NCBI GenBank assembly: GCA_965206645.1
Contig: CBDBKE010000004.1
Location: 1,344,001-1,408,000, forward strand
DNA from: Terriglobia bacterium
GTDB taxonomy: Bacteria > Acidobacteriota > Terriglobia > JAJPHL01 > JAPKYU01
Reading direction: 5' to 3'
Length of the DNA stretch: 64,000 nt
Shown: positions 31,097-40,886 of the stretch, piece by piece
Layout of the letters: every line of letters begins with the position of its first letter
Numbering within the stretch: position 1 is the stretch's first letter
Notes under the pieces: model-generated
Database searches by the model: none
The model's input: the letters and a program-made list of their open reading frames with translations, nothing else
Told to the model about the DNA's origin: nothing
Made by a program: the position numbers and the translations under genes

Positions 31097-33187
31097 CTAG
31101 CTGATCTCCATGGTGTTCATCAGCCGGTCCAGTTGCGCTTGAAGCTGTTTAAGTTGGGTGCGCGCCGCGCGGAGCGCCTCGTGCATCGCCTCCAGTTGAT
31201 TCTCCTGCCCCCCCAGCTTGGCCGCGTAAGCTTGAACCTGTTGCTGCTGTCCCGGCACGTTCCGCAGGTTGTAGATGTTTTGCCGCAGCCGGTTCTGGTC
31301 GCTGAACAACTCGTCAATCTCTTTCTTCTGCTCGGCTGCCTCCCGCTTTGCCACTACCACCTCTTCCTTCAAGGCGAACAGTTGCTTCAGTTGTTTTTGG
31401 GCCGCCGGAGAAAGCGCCTTGTTGCGCACGTAGGTGGCCAGTAGCTCTGGCGTCAGGTTGGTGAGAGCGATGCTGCTGGAAATTTCGTGTTCCTCTTGGA
31501 CCTTAAGTTTGGCCGTTTCGCCCGCTGGCAATTCCAAGCGGAAGCGGTAATGCCGGGCCGTGGTTTCGGCCGGCTTGAGCCCCGCGGCGAGTTTCCACTC
31601 TTTGCGCACCGGGTGCTCGACGACCAACGACTTTGGCTTGCTGCCGGTGTTGCGAACCGTGTAGGTCTTTACTGCGATGTTCTTGGCCCGGGTGAAGACC
31701 GTGCCGCGCCGCACCTTCACCGAGAACACCTGGTTCTGGCGGGAGTCAAAGACGGTGCTCACGCGGGTGCCCAGATCGACGGCAAACGAAACCGGGCGGC
31801 TGTCGCCGGTCTTCAGGGTCTGGATCAGGGCCTCGCCGGCGTACTGGTTCCCTTCGATGACGGTGATCGCGCCGCCGTCCAGCGTCTTGCCGCTGGTGTT
31901 GCGCAGCAGCACAGCATCGTAGGGGTGTTCACCAGACCCGCCCGGTGTGTAGAGCAGAACGCGTTCCACGTTCACCGCTGCTTGCAAGAACGGAATCATC
32001 GCCGACTGGTTCCGGGGAATATCTACCGGGTGTTCCATCCGGTACTCGAATAACTCGCCCAATTCGCGCCCAGCGGCCGCCACCGAGATCGAGCGGACGA
32101 AGTCCGCTATCCCGCGGTTCGCCCGGTATCTACCTCCCACCGGAGCGCCCGCCGGGGCCGCCGCGTCTTCCTCCATCACGGCATACCGACGGGCTTCTTT
32201 GGAGAGAGCTTTCATTGCACTCTTTGACCGCAACTGCTTTTCGTTGGCCATCAGCGCGCCCTCGTGCCGCACAGGCCCGGCGGCCGTCTCGACAGACAGG
32301 GGCACATGCGGACGCCGCACGTAATGAGCCTGGTAAAGGTTCTGCGTGAAAGAGATCGGCAGGCCGGAGACCAGGGCCAGGCTGACCCCCTTCCAGTCCT
32401 CCGACGTGGTGTTGTCCACAATGGCCCAACCCTGTAACAGCGCCTCCCCGGGCTTTCGCGGGTCCAGCACCAGCCGGTAGATGGTCTTCCAGATGGGCGC
32501 TTCGACCACGTAGCCAAGGGCCAGCTTCTTGGCCCGGCCGGGGTGGATGCGCAGCTGGCGGGTATCGCGGCGTTGCGAGGAACGGACCAGTTGCAGGTAG
32601 GTTTCCAGTTCGCGCTGCAGGCCTGGGTCTTCCAGACGCAGCCCGGACGCTTCCAGCAGTGAGACGTTACGCAGTTCACCGTTGTCGAGCAGCAGCGCGA
32701 TCATCTCGGTGTCGCCCTGCCTCAGACGCGTCGCCCGGGCCCCTAGGATGCTGCCCCGCAAGTCCCCGCCGGCGGCCAGCCTCACGTGCAACCGCGCCCC
32801 CTTAAACTGGTCCAGCAACTGCCCGATGGTGGCTTGCTTGGGCACCCGGAAGGCAAACTGCTCAAGTTGCTTGCTTACAGGATCGCTGGCTTCGTAGGAA
32901 ACGCCGCGGACTGCGCCGTCTGTCCCCAGCACCGTGAGCGACTTGAGCACGTCACTCATTTGCGACGCTTTGAATTGCAACAGCACATCGCCGCGCCCGT
33001 CCAGCTTTCCCTCCCGCTCGAAGTAGGCAACGCCATGCTTGTAGAGCACCACGCGTCGCACCGGCAGCGCCGTTTCGGACGCCCATAGTTTGGTCATGCA
33101 TAGCGGCGTCACCAACAACCAGAGCAGCGCCACGGCGGCTGCCCTCCGAAATCGCGTCTTTTTCATAACGACCCTCCGCTGGTTCAT
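31097..33187 (-). CDS. Secreted DUF4139-domain protein with C-terminal coiled coil
   Basis: Signal peptide, VVLYKHGVAYFER, GWAIVDNTTSEDW; two alternative RBS+ATG starts (33187, 33166). Confidence 0.75.
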   Translation of the reverse strand: MNQRRVVMKKTRFRRAAAVALLWLLVTPLCMTKLWASETALPVRRVVLYKHGVAYFEREGKLDGRGDVLLQFKASQMSDVLKSLTVLGTDGAVRGVSYEASDPVSKQLEQFAFRVPKQATIGQLLDQFKGARLHVRLAAGGDLRGSILGARATRLRQGDTEMIALLLDNGELRNVSLLEASGLRLEDPGLQRELETYLQLVRSSQRRDTRQLRIHPGRAKKLALGYVVEAPIWKTIYRLVLDPRKPGEALLQGWAIVDNTTSEDWKGVSLALVSGLPISFTQNLYQAHYVRRPHVPLSVETAAGPVRHEGALMANEKQLRSKSAMKALSKEARRYAVMEEDAAAPAGAPVGGRYRANRGIADFVRSISVAAAGRELGELFEYRMEHPVDIPRNQSAMIPFLQAAVNVERVLLYTPGGSGEHPYDAVLLRNTSGKTLDGGAITVIEGNQYAGEALIQTLKTGDSRPVSFAVDLGTRVSTVFDSRQNQVFSVKVRRGTVFTRAKNIAVKTYTVRNTGSKPKSLVVEHPVRKEWKLAAGLKPAETTARHYRFRLELPAGETAKLKVQEEHEISSSIALTNLTPELLATYVRNKALSPAAQKQLKQLFALKEEVVVAKREAAEQKKEIDELFSDQNRLRQNIYNLRNVPGQQQQVQAYAAKLGGQENQLEAMHEALRAARTQLKQLQAQLDRLMNTMEIS

Positions 33188-33293
33188 AACGACCCTCCCT
33201 TGGCCTCCATTGGCCTCCGCTGGATCTGTCCCTCATGTTGGGAACGCAGAACGGTCTGCCTTCTTGCAACCCTTCTATATAATCCCAGAGAAC

Positions 33294-34511
33294 GTGAAGG
33301 TTCTGTTGACAAATACCGGACCCTGGGGCACGGGCAGCGCGATGGTGGCGGAAGCGGTGCTGCGGGAGCTACGGCACCGTGGCCATCGGGCTGTGCTGTT
33401 CTTTCCGGACGCCCAATTCCAGACCGGGGACAAGAACCGCTACTACTCAAAGCCTGATCTGTACCGTGTGTGGCGCTTCCCCGTGGAGGCCGACGGGAAA
33501 GTACTGCCGACCTTCCCGCTGATGATTACCGACCCCAACCCACGCAATTTCCCCGGAGCCTCAACATTCCGCGACCTGTCCGAAGAGCTGCTGGCCTTCT
33601 ATTTCCGGCAGGCGCGCCGGGAGCTGGAGCAGGTCATCGACTGGCTGCGGCCGGATATCGTCGAGTGCCAGCACATCTGGACCATGGGCCACCTGCTAGG
33701 CGAGATGGGGCTGCCCTACGTGGCGGTGGCCCACCACAGCGACCAGATGGGCTACCGCTATGACGAACGCATGCGGCCCTATGCCAACCAGGCCGCCCGC
33801 AGCGCCCGCTGGATCTTCGCCATCTCGCAGTTCGTGCAACAGGAGGTTCTGGAGCTCTACCCGGGCGTGGACCCGGATAAGGTGATTACTCTGGAGAACG
33901 GCTATAACCAGCGCATCTTTCATCCGCAGCAGGCCAGCCGGGCAGCGGTACTGCTGAAACTTGGCGTCCCGGACACGCCTGAGCTTCCCATCATCAGCTT
34001 TTCGGGCAAGATTTCCCGCACCAAGGGGGTGGATATCCTACTGCGCGCCAACCGGCTGGTGCAGCAGGAACGGAAAGCCTTGCTGTTAATCCTAGGTGCC
34101 GGGCGGCTGGAGGATGAATTCAGCGTCGATGAACGGGCTCAGTTCCATTCGGAGAATGTGCACGTGGTCGGTCACCACCCGCAGCCGGTGCTGGCCAAGC
34201 TCCACAACCTGGCGACGGTCAGCGTGATTCCCTCGCGCACGGAAGGCTTCGGGATTGCGGCGCTGGAAGCGATGGGCTGCGGAGCGCCCATGGTGGCAAC
34301 GCGCTCCGGCGGCCCCGAGAGTTTCGTGGTGGGTGAGACTGTGCCGGTAGACGACGTGGAAGCGCTGGCGGCGGCCCTGCTCAAGGTGCTCGATTTGCAG
34401 CCGCGGGCTGCGCAGGAGCTGCGGCATGCTGCCTTCCAGAAGGCCGTCCGCTATTCCTGGAATCGGAACGTCACGCGGCGTCTGCGCTACTTCCGCCAGG
34501 CGCTGCGTTAA
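33294..34511 (+). CDS. GT4 family glycosyltransferase
   Basis: GKISRTKGVD, PSRTEGFGIAALEAMGCGAP. Confidence 0.88.
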   Translation: MKVLLTNTGPWGTGSAMVAEAVLRELRHRGHRAVLFFPDAQFQTGDKNRYYSKPDLYRVWRFPVEADGKVLPTFPLMITDPNPRNFPGASTFRDLSEELLAFYFRQARRELEQVIDWLRPDIVECQHIWTMGHLLGEMGLPYVAVAHHSDQMGYRYDERMRPYANQAARSARWIFAISQFVQQEVLELYPGVDPDKVITLENGYNQRIFHPQQASRAAVLLKLGVPDTPELPIISFSGKISRTKGVDILLRANRLVQQERKALLLILGAGRLEDEFSVDERAQFHSENVHVVGHHPQPVLAKLHNLATVSVIPSRTEGFGIAALEAMGCGAPMVATRSGGPESFVVGETVPVDDVEALAAALLKVLDLQPRAAQELRHAAFQKAVRYSWNRNVTRRLRYFRQALR

Positions 34512-34519
34512 CCGATTTT

Positions 34520-35038
34520 TTACCCGCGCAAGAACACGCTGAGGATCACGAAAATAACGACATTGAACACCCACCCAATCAGGCAAACTCCAATGGCGCG
34601 GCCGGTGCTGGTGTAGTCCAAGGCCTGGCGCACCGCAATGACGAATGCAACCAGCATCCAGATACCCACAACCAGAAAGACGAGTCCCCCCAGCACCGGC
34701 ACGACTCCCAGGATGCGCAGGATTCCGGGCGACGACGCGAACCCGATGGTGCGCAAGAGCTGGCCCCAGTCGGCGTGCGTCTGCGGCATGGGAAGAATCC
34801 GCGTGCCAATAAAGTAGGTGAGCCCCGCCCAGATGAACCAGCCCACTAAGGCGGCGATTGCGCCCGCCAGCAGCCCGGGTGCGCCTTCCCGCCCCACCAT
34901 GCCGATGCCCGCCGCCAAGCTGGAAAGAACCACCACGCCCATAGCCTGTCCGAAGGCGGTGGTGTCCGCCTCAACTTCCTCGTAGGTGTGAACATTGAGT
35001 TTGGCTGCGCCAATCATTCGTTCTGTGAACGATGCCAT
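34520..35038 (-). CDS. YIP1-family membrane protein
   Basis: YEEVEAD, LLRTIGFASSP, AVRQALD; about 5 TM helices. Confidence 0.75.
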   Translation of the reverse strand: MASFTERMIGAAKLNVHTYEEVEADTTAFGQAMGVVVLSSLAAGIGMVGREGAPGLLAGAIAALVGWFIWAGLTYFIGTRILPMPQTHADWGQLLRTIGFASSPGILRILGVVPVLGGLVFLVVGIWMLVAFVIAVRQALDYTSTGRAIGVCLIGWVFNVVIFVILSVFLRG

Positions 35039-35177
35039 CGGTGTCGTCTCCTTCCTAACGGATGATCCAGTTTCCTGTCTTGGGCGGGGATTGTACCAGT
35101 TTTATTTCCCAAACGATGTCAGCAGTTTCGTTCTCCGCCGTTTCCGTGTACATTGCAGCAAATTCGGCCAGCTTCCC

Positions 35178-37163
35178 ATGCGCCTGGCAATTGATACCGG
35201 GGGTACCTTCACCGATTGCATCTACCTGGAAGGCCGTGAGCTGCGCGTTCTCAAGGTGTTCTCGACACCGCAAGACCACGCCCAAGCCATTCTGGGAGCG
35301 ATCGAGCAACTGACCGCCCCCGATGAGCCGGCCGATGTCGCGCACGGCACGACCGTCGGCACCAACACGCTGCTGGAGCGCAAGGGAGCGCGGGTGGCAT
35401 TCGTGACCACTGCCGGGTTCGAGGACACGCTAGGCATCGGCCGGCAGGCGCGACCGCGGCTTTACGACCTGTTCGCCTCTCCTCCGCCGCCACTGGCGCC
35501 GCCCGAGTTGCGGTTTGGGATCGCCGAACGGACCGCGCCCGACGGCACCCCACTCTTGTGCCTCACCCGGCGGGAGCTGGCGCGGCTGCGCCACGCGGTG
35601 GCCGCCGCCAGGCCGGAAGCAATCGCCATTTCCCTGCTGTTTTGCTTTGCCAACCCGGCCCACGAGCGCGCGGTGGCTGAGGCGCTGAGGCCGTTAGGTG
35701 TGCCGCTCTCAGTTTCCCACCAGGTACTGCCAGAGTTTCGCGAATACGAGCGCGCTTCCACCGTGGTGGTCAACGCCTACCTAGCTCCGCGCGTGGCCGG
35801 CTACTTGGGCGGGCTGGAGCGCCGGGTGAAGGCGCGGCCCGCAGGGGGCTCGGTGCGCATCATGCAGTCCGGCGGGGGCATCACCCGCGCGGCGGTGGCG
35901 GCGCGCGAGCCCGTGCGCACCGTGCTCTCGGGGCCGGTGGGCGGGGTGGTGGGTGCGCAGGCAGTGGCGCGCCGCTGCGGAATCACTCGCCTCATCAGCT
36001 TTGATATGGGCGGCACCTCGACCGACGTGGCCTTGGTGGAAGGGGCGCCGCGCATCACCACCGAGTCGGCCGTCGCCGAGGTGCCCATCGCTGTGCCGAT
36101 GCTGGACATCCACAGCGTGGGCGCCGGGGGCGGCTCGCTGGCCCGGGTGGATGCCGGCGGCGCCCTGCGCGTGGGGCCGGAATCGGCCGGGGCCGACCCC
36201 GGGCCCATCTGCTACGGTCGCGGCGAGCTGCCCACTGTCACCGATGCCAACCTGCTGCTGAGACGCCTGGATTCGGAACTGTTCCTGGGAGGCGAGGTGC
36301 GGCTGGACCAGGGGCGCACCCGGCGGTTCTTTGAACAATTTGTGCGCCGCCACTCCCGCCACCTGCGCAGCGTGCCGGAACTGGCGGACGGCATTGTCCG
36401 CGTGGCCAATGCTTCAATGGAGAAGGCCATCCGGGTCATTTCCGTCGAACGCGGCCATGATCCGGGCGACTTCACTCTGGTCGCGTTCGGCGGCGCGGGC
36501 GGCCTGCATGCCTGCGCGCTGGCCGCTGCCTTACGCATTCCCCGCGTGCTGGTGCCACAGAACCCCGGCGCACTCTCGGCGCTGGGCATCCTGTCCTCCG
36601 ACACAATAAAGGACTACTCACGCACAGTGATGCTATCGCCTGACAAGACGGCGCCCCTGGCCAGGCACTTCGCCGATCTGGAGCGGCAGGGCCGGACCGA
36701 GATGCGGCGCGAAGGCGCAGGGGCGCGATCCTTGCGGGTGACACGGTCGGCCGACCTCCGCTACGTCGGCCAGGGCTATGAACTGAACGTGCCCTGGCGA
36801 CGCGGCTCCCACCTGACGGAAGCCTTCCACCGCGCGCACCAGGCCCACTACGGATATGCTGACCGGGAGCGCCCGGTCGAGGCGGTGAACGTCCGTGTGC
36901 GACTGACCCTGCCGGGCCCGCCATTGCCGATGCGATCCGGTCGCCTACGCGCTGGGGACGGGAGGCGGGCCCGCGTCGGGCGCCCGGCGGCCCGCTTCCC
37001 GGTCTATCGGCGGGACCGCCTGCGTCCCGGCGACCGAGTGAAGGGGCCGGCGGTCGTAGCTGAGTACAGCGCCACGACTTTCCTGCCAGAGAAGCTCACT
37101 GCCCGCGTGGACGCATGGGGCAACCTGCTGATTCAGACTCGGACCAGCCGCTCTACCTATTGA
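35178..37163 (+). CDS. Hydantoinase A / 5-oxoprolinase alpha family
   Basis: IDTGGTFTD, HGTTVGTN, EFREYER, DMGGTSTD, GAGGGS. Confidence 0.93.
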   Translation: MRLAIDTGGTFTDCIYLEGRELRVLKVFSTPQDHAQAILGAIEQLTAPDEPADVAHGTTVGTNTLLERKGARVAFVTTAGFEDTLGIGRQARPRLYDLFASPPPPLAPPELRFGIAERTAPDGTPLLCLTRRELARLRHAVAAARPEAIAISLLFCFANPAHERAVAEALRPLGVPLSVSHQVLPEFREYERASTVVVNAYLAPRVAGYLGGLERRVKARPAGGSVRIMQSGGGITRAAVAAREPVRTVLSGPVGGVVGAQAVARRCGITRLISFDMGGTSTDVALVEGAPRITTESAVAEVPIAVPMLDIHSVGAGGGSLARVDAGGALRVGPESAGADPGPICYGRGELPTVTDANLLLRRLDSELFLGGEVRLDQGRTRRFFEQFVRRHSRHLRSVPELADGIVRVANASMEKAIRVISVERGHDPGDFTLVAFGGAGGLHACALAAALRIPRVLVPQNPGALSALGILSSDTIKDYSRTVMLSPDKTAPLARHFADLERQGRTEMRREGAGARSLRVTRSADLRYVGQGYELNVPWRRGSHLTEAFHRAHQAHYGYADRERPVEAVNVRVRLTLPGPPLPMRSGRLRAGDGRRARVGRPAARFPVYRRDRLRPGDRVKGPAVVAEYSATTFLPEKLTARVDAWGNLLIQTRTSRSTY

Positions 37164-37171
37164 TAAAACCA

Positions 37172-38905
37172 ATGAAGCAGAAATCTATTCCGCAGATTAC
37201 GCAGAATCACACAGATCTTGGGCTTCGCGGAAAAACTTTTCCTTCAGGGTCTGCAAAATCCGCGAAACCTGCGGATCCAGTATTGCTCGAAATTTACAAA
37301 AGCGCTTTTCACTCGATCGCCGAAGAGATGGGGGCAGCTTTGCGGCGCACTGCCTTCTCGCCCAACATCAAGGAGCGCCGCGATTATTCCTGCGCGGTGT
37401 TCGACGGAGCCGGGCGGGTGATCGCCATGGGCGATCACATGCCGGTGCACCTGGGCTCGATGCCCATGTCGGTGCAGGCGGCGGTCGAGGCGTTGCGGCT
37501 GGAGCCAGGCGACATTGCGCTGCTGAACGATCCGTTCGCTGGCGGGACCCACCTGCCCGACCTGACCCTGGTCATGCCGGTCTACGCCCGCGGCCGGCGT
37601 CCCACCTTCTACGTCTCCAGCCGCGCCCATCATGCCGACGTCGGTGGCGCCTACCCCGGCTCCATGGGGCTGTGCCGCGAAATCTACCAGGAGGGCGTGC
37701 GCATTCCTCCAGTCCGGATCGCCCGCGGCGGGCGCATCCAGCGCGACGTGCTCAAGCTCATCTTGAGTAACGTGCGTACGCCCGCTGAGCGGGAAGGCGA
37801 CCTGACGGCGCAGATCGTCGCCTGCCAGATCGGTGCGCGCCGTCTCCGGGAGATGGTGACCAAGTACGGGGAAGCCGGGGTCCGCGCCTACATGGCACAC
37901 CTGCTGGCTTATTCGGAGCGGATGATGCACGCCTTCCTGCGACGGCTGCCGCGAGGCACGTTTCACGCCGAGGACATTCTGGACGACGACGGCATCACCG
38001 CAGAGCCGGTGCCGATTCGCGTGACCATCGAAACCGATCCCCGGCGGGGCCAGGCGCGGGTGGACTTTTCCGGCAGCGCGCCGCAGGTGGCCGGCAGCAT
38101 CAACGCCGTCTACGCCATCACCTACTCGGCGGTGTTCTACGTGTTTCGCTGCCTAGTCATGTCCGGCAATGCCGCCGAGGACGTGCCAGCCACGGCGGGC
38201 CTGATGGCCCCCATCCGGGTGCTGGCCCCTGAGGGCACCGTGGTCAATGCGCGGCCGCCGGCGGCGGTAGCCGGCGGGAATGTAGAAACCTCGCAGCGCG
38301 TGGTGGACGTGCTGTTCCGAGCACTTGCGCAGGCCGTGCCCGATATGGTTCCGGCCGCCAGTGCCGGCACCATGAACAATCTGACCATTGGCGGGCTGGA
38401 TCCGCGCACCGGGCTCCCGTTCGCCTACTATGAGACCATCGCCGGCGGGATGGGTGGGCGGCCCGGAGCCGATGGTGCGAGCGGCGTCCACACCCACATG
38501 ACGAATTCACTGAATACCCCGGCCGAAGCGTTGGAGTACTTCTACCCGTTTCGGGTGCGGCGCTACGCCTACCGGGCCAAGTCCGGCGGGGCGGGAAAAT
38601 ACCGCGGCGGGGACGGTTTGGTGCGGGAAATCGAACTGCTCTGCCCCGCCCAGGTTACGATTATCTCTGAACGGCGGCGCTTCGCTCCCTACGGTTTGGC
38701 CGGAGGCAGGCCTGGGGCCCGCGGTCGCAACTTGTGGCTACGTGCCAATGGACAAGTCCAAGCGTTGCCAGGCAAGTGCAATTTCCTGGCTCAGCCGGGC
38801 GACGTGGTCCGCATCGAAACCCCCGGCGGCGGCGCCTGGGGAACCCTAACCCCAGGCGGATTGACACCAGATCGGAGTCATTCCGCCGGACCGGTGCCAC
38901 ACTAG
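37172..38905 (+). CDS. Hydantoinase B / 5-oxoprolinase beta family
   Basis: FSPNIKERRDYSC, NDPFAGGTHLPD, HHADVGG, ETPGGGAWG. Confidence 0.93.
   Translation: MKQKSIPQITQNHTDLGLRGKTFPSGSAKSAKPADPVLLEIYKSAFHSIAEEMGAALRRTAFSPNIKERRDYSCAVFDGAGRVIAMGDHMPVHLGSMPMSVQAAVEALRLEPGDIALLNDPFAGGTHLPDLTLVMPVYARGRRPTFYVSSRAHHADVGGAYPGSMGLCREIYQEGVRIPPVRIARGGRIQRDVLKLILSNVRTPAEREGDLTAQIVACQIGARRLREMVTKYGEAGVRAYMAHLLAYSERMMHAFLRRLPRGTFHAEDILDDDGITAEPVPIRVTIETDPRRGQARVDFSGSAPQVAGSINAVYAITYSAVFYVFRCLVMSGNAAEDVPATAGLMAPIRVLAPEGTVVNARPPAAVAGGNVETSQRVVDVLFRALAQAVPDMVPAASAGTMNNLTIGGLDPRTGLPFAYYETIAGGMGGRPGADGASGVHTHMTNSLNTPAEALEYFYPFRVRRYAYRAKSGGAGKYRGGDGLVREIELLCPAQVTIISERRRFAPYGLAGGRPGARGRNLWLRANGQVQALPGKCNFLAQPGDVVRIETPGGGAWGTLTPGGLTPDRSHSAGPVPH
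37189..37275. repeat. Imperfect hairpin element with 9-nt periodic arms at the hyuB 5' end
   Basis: Left arm TCCGCAGATT ACGCAGAAT CACACAGAT; right arm GTCTGCAAA ATCCGCGAA ACCTGCGGA. Confidence 0.65.
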
Positions 38906-38939
38906 GTGTACGATTCCCTAAAGAAGGAGACGAGAGCCG

Positions 38940-39838
38940 ATGAGCTGGCTCATCATCGTCGCCGGATTCCTGGCTAGCGTCGTGCTGTCGGTCCTAGTCA
39001 TCCACCCGGGGGCGTCGCTTGTCGTGGCGCTGCTTGGGGAGGAGAAGTGTCTGGACACCGCGTCGGTCAACGGCTGCAACTGGTGGCCGATGTCCGTGCT
39101 GGTGTCCACCGCGCTTGTCCTGCTGGCGGCCGGACGGCTGGGGTGGAGCAGCCTCTACCTTGTACCGGTGGGCCCCCTGTTAACCGTGACGGTGCTGTCG
39201 CTGACGCTGCGCTTCGGTCAGTGGGGGCACGGCACAGAGAGTTCGAAATCCGCAACGGCAGACTCGTTGACCTGAGAACACACCGGCCATTCCGCCCAGC
39301 TTACGTGGAGGCCAACACTGCATACTGCTACAGCGGCCCGGCTTCCGGTTACTGCCTCTACACGCTGGTCGTGCATGATGGCAAAGGTGGGCGATGGAGC
39401 AACGGCTACGTCTCCGAGAGCGCGAACAATCGCGTACTCTCTACTCTAACGCGCCAGTTCGGTTGTTTGGCGTTGGACCTGGGGGTCGAATGCCGCGAGA
39501 GCCCTACGAAGTTCCACTGGGTGGTGCTTGGTGCTGAGTGGGCGCACCTGCTGTGCGGGGACCTGTTCAGGCTCGCTCCGCAGGACCGGGCATGGTGGAG
39601 ACAGTGGCTGCAGCCTGCCTTCGGCACTTCGGGCAGCCGGGAGGTGACCAGGGAGGAGGTGGGGGAGGCCCTGGACCGCCTGGAAGCGGCCTACGAAGAA
39701 CAGTGTCGATCCGTTGAACGCATCCAGAGCGATATTCAGGCGATCCGAAGCCTGCTCGCCAAGAGGCGCAGGCCAATCCGCATGGCCACCGAGGAGGCGC
39801 ACTCCCGCGCCAGCGAAACAGCCGAGGGGGAGAGTTGA
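38940..39838 (+). pseudogene. Hypothetical membrane protein split by an apparent frameshift at a G5 run
   Basis: TM-rich ORF 38940-39275 overlaps ORF ending 39838; adding one G at 39223-39227 fuses them. Confidence 0.5.
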
Positions 39839-39851
39839 GTGGGACGTAAGG

Positions 39852-39959
39852 CTATTTACCCAGTGCTTGGGCGCCTGCCGCAGCCACGGCGTGGTCATTC
39901 TCGACCGGACTCCCGCTGACGCCGATCGCTCCGACCACTTCACCCTTCCCGTGGACTAT
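39852..39959 (-). pseudogene. 3' remnant of a GlcG/HbpS heme-binding protein gene
   Basis: Translates IVHGKGEVVGAIGVSGSPVENDHAVAAAGAQALGK-stop, with no start. Confidence 0.75.
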
Positions 39960-40540
39960 TCGCGGTATGTGAACTGCAGCTTGACGCCGGCGATCTCGAT
40001 CAGGTCGCCTTCCCGCAGATCCTGCGCGCCGGCAAGGGTCTGGCCATTGATCTTGGCCCGGCCCTTGCCCGAGGGAGCGATCTGGTAGCTGGCCTCGCGC
40101 TTATTAATGACGGCGGCGACATCGGGAGCGAACCACCCCTTTAGCTTCACCGAGGCCATCGCCGACTTGCCGATCATCGAAAGCTTGCCGGAGAGGAGGT
40201 ACTCGGTCCGGTCCGTCTTGCCGGAGAGCACCGTCAGGCAGCCCACCTTCGCAACACCGGCGGGCGGGACACCTCCGCCTGTGAGGGTGCCGGCTTGCTG
40301 CATCATTTCGCGCTGTTTCCTGGTATCCAGCACCACCGTTTGTTCCAGTTTGGCCACCGAGTCATCGCTCTCCTCCGAGGCTTCCAGCGGCGCGGGCCGA
40401 GGCCCACCCTCGTCCTGGAAGAGCAAGGTGTGCTTGCCGATCACAACCTGGTCGCCGTTGTTGAGGAAGATCTTGCGAACTCGCTGGTTGTTGACGAACG
40501 TCCCATTGAGGCTGTTCAAGTCTTCCAGGGCGAACTTGTC
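39956..40540 (-). pseudogene. 3' part of an FHA-domain protein gene disrupted by IS3
   Basis: DKFALEDLNSLNGTFVN begins exactly at the IS end; second degenerate FHA domain downstream. Confidence 0.88.
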
Positions 40541-40607
40541 TGACCTGACCGGCACTTTTTGTACCAAGTGGAAAGAGAGAGAATCCACTTGAGGAGGAAG
40601 TGAGGTC

Positions 40608-40886
40608 ATGCCGACAAGGAGTTACAAGCCGGAGCAGATTGTAGCGGTGCTACGGCAGATAGAAGTGCAGATGGGGAACGGGAAGACTGCGCCCCAAGCC
40701 TGCAAAGAAGCTGGAATCCACACCCAAACCTACTACCGGTGGCGGAAGGAATACGGCGGGCTGAAGGTGGTGCAGGCAAAACGGCTAAAGGAGTTGGAGA
40801 AGGAAAACACGCGGCTGAAGCGGTTGGTAGCGGAGCTTTCTCTGGAGAAGCAGGTGCTGCGGGATGTGGCACAGGGAAACTTCTGA
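40608..40886 (+). CDS. IS3 transposase OrfA
   Basis: HTH, TYYRWRKEYGG, LKELEKENTRLKRLVA. Confidence 0.93.
   Translation: MPTRSYKPEQIVAVLRQIEVQMGNGKTAPQACKEAGIHTQTYYRWRKEYGGLKVVQAKRLKELEKENTRLKRLVAELSLEKQVLRDVAQGNF

Noticed and set aside
40874-40886. Programmed -1 frameshift as a novelty
   Set aside because: Standard IS3-family OrfAB expression; listed as a feature.
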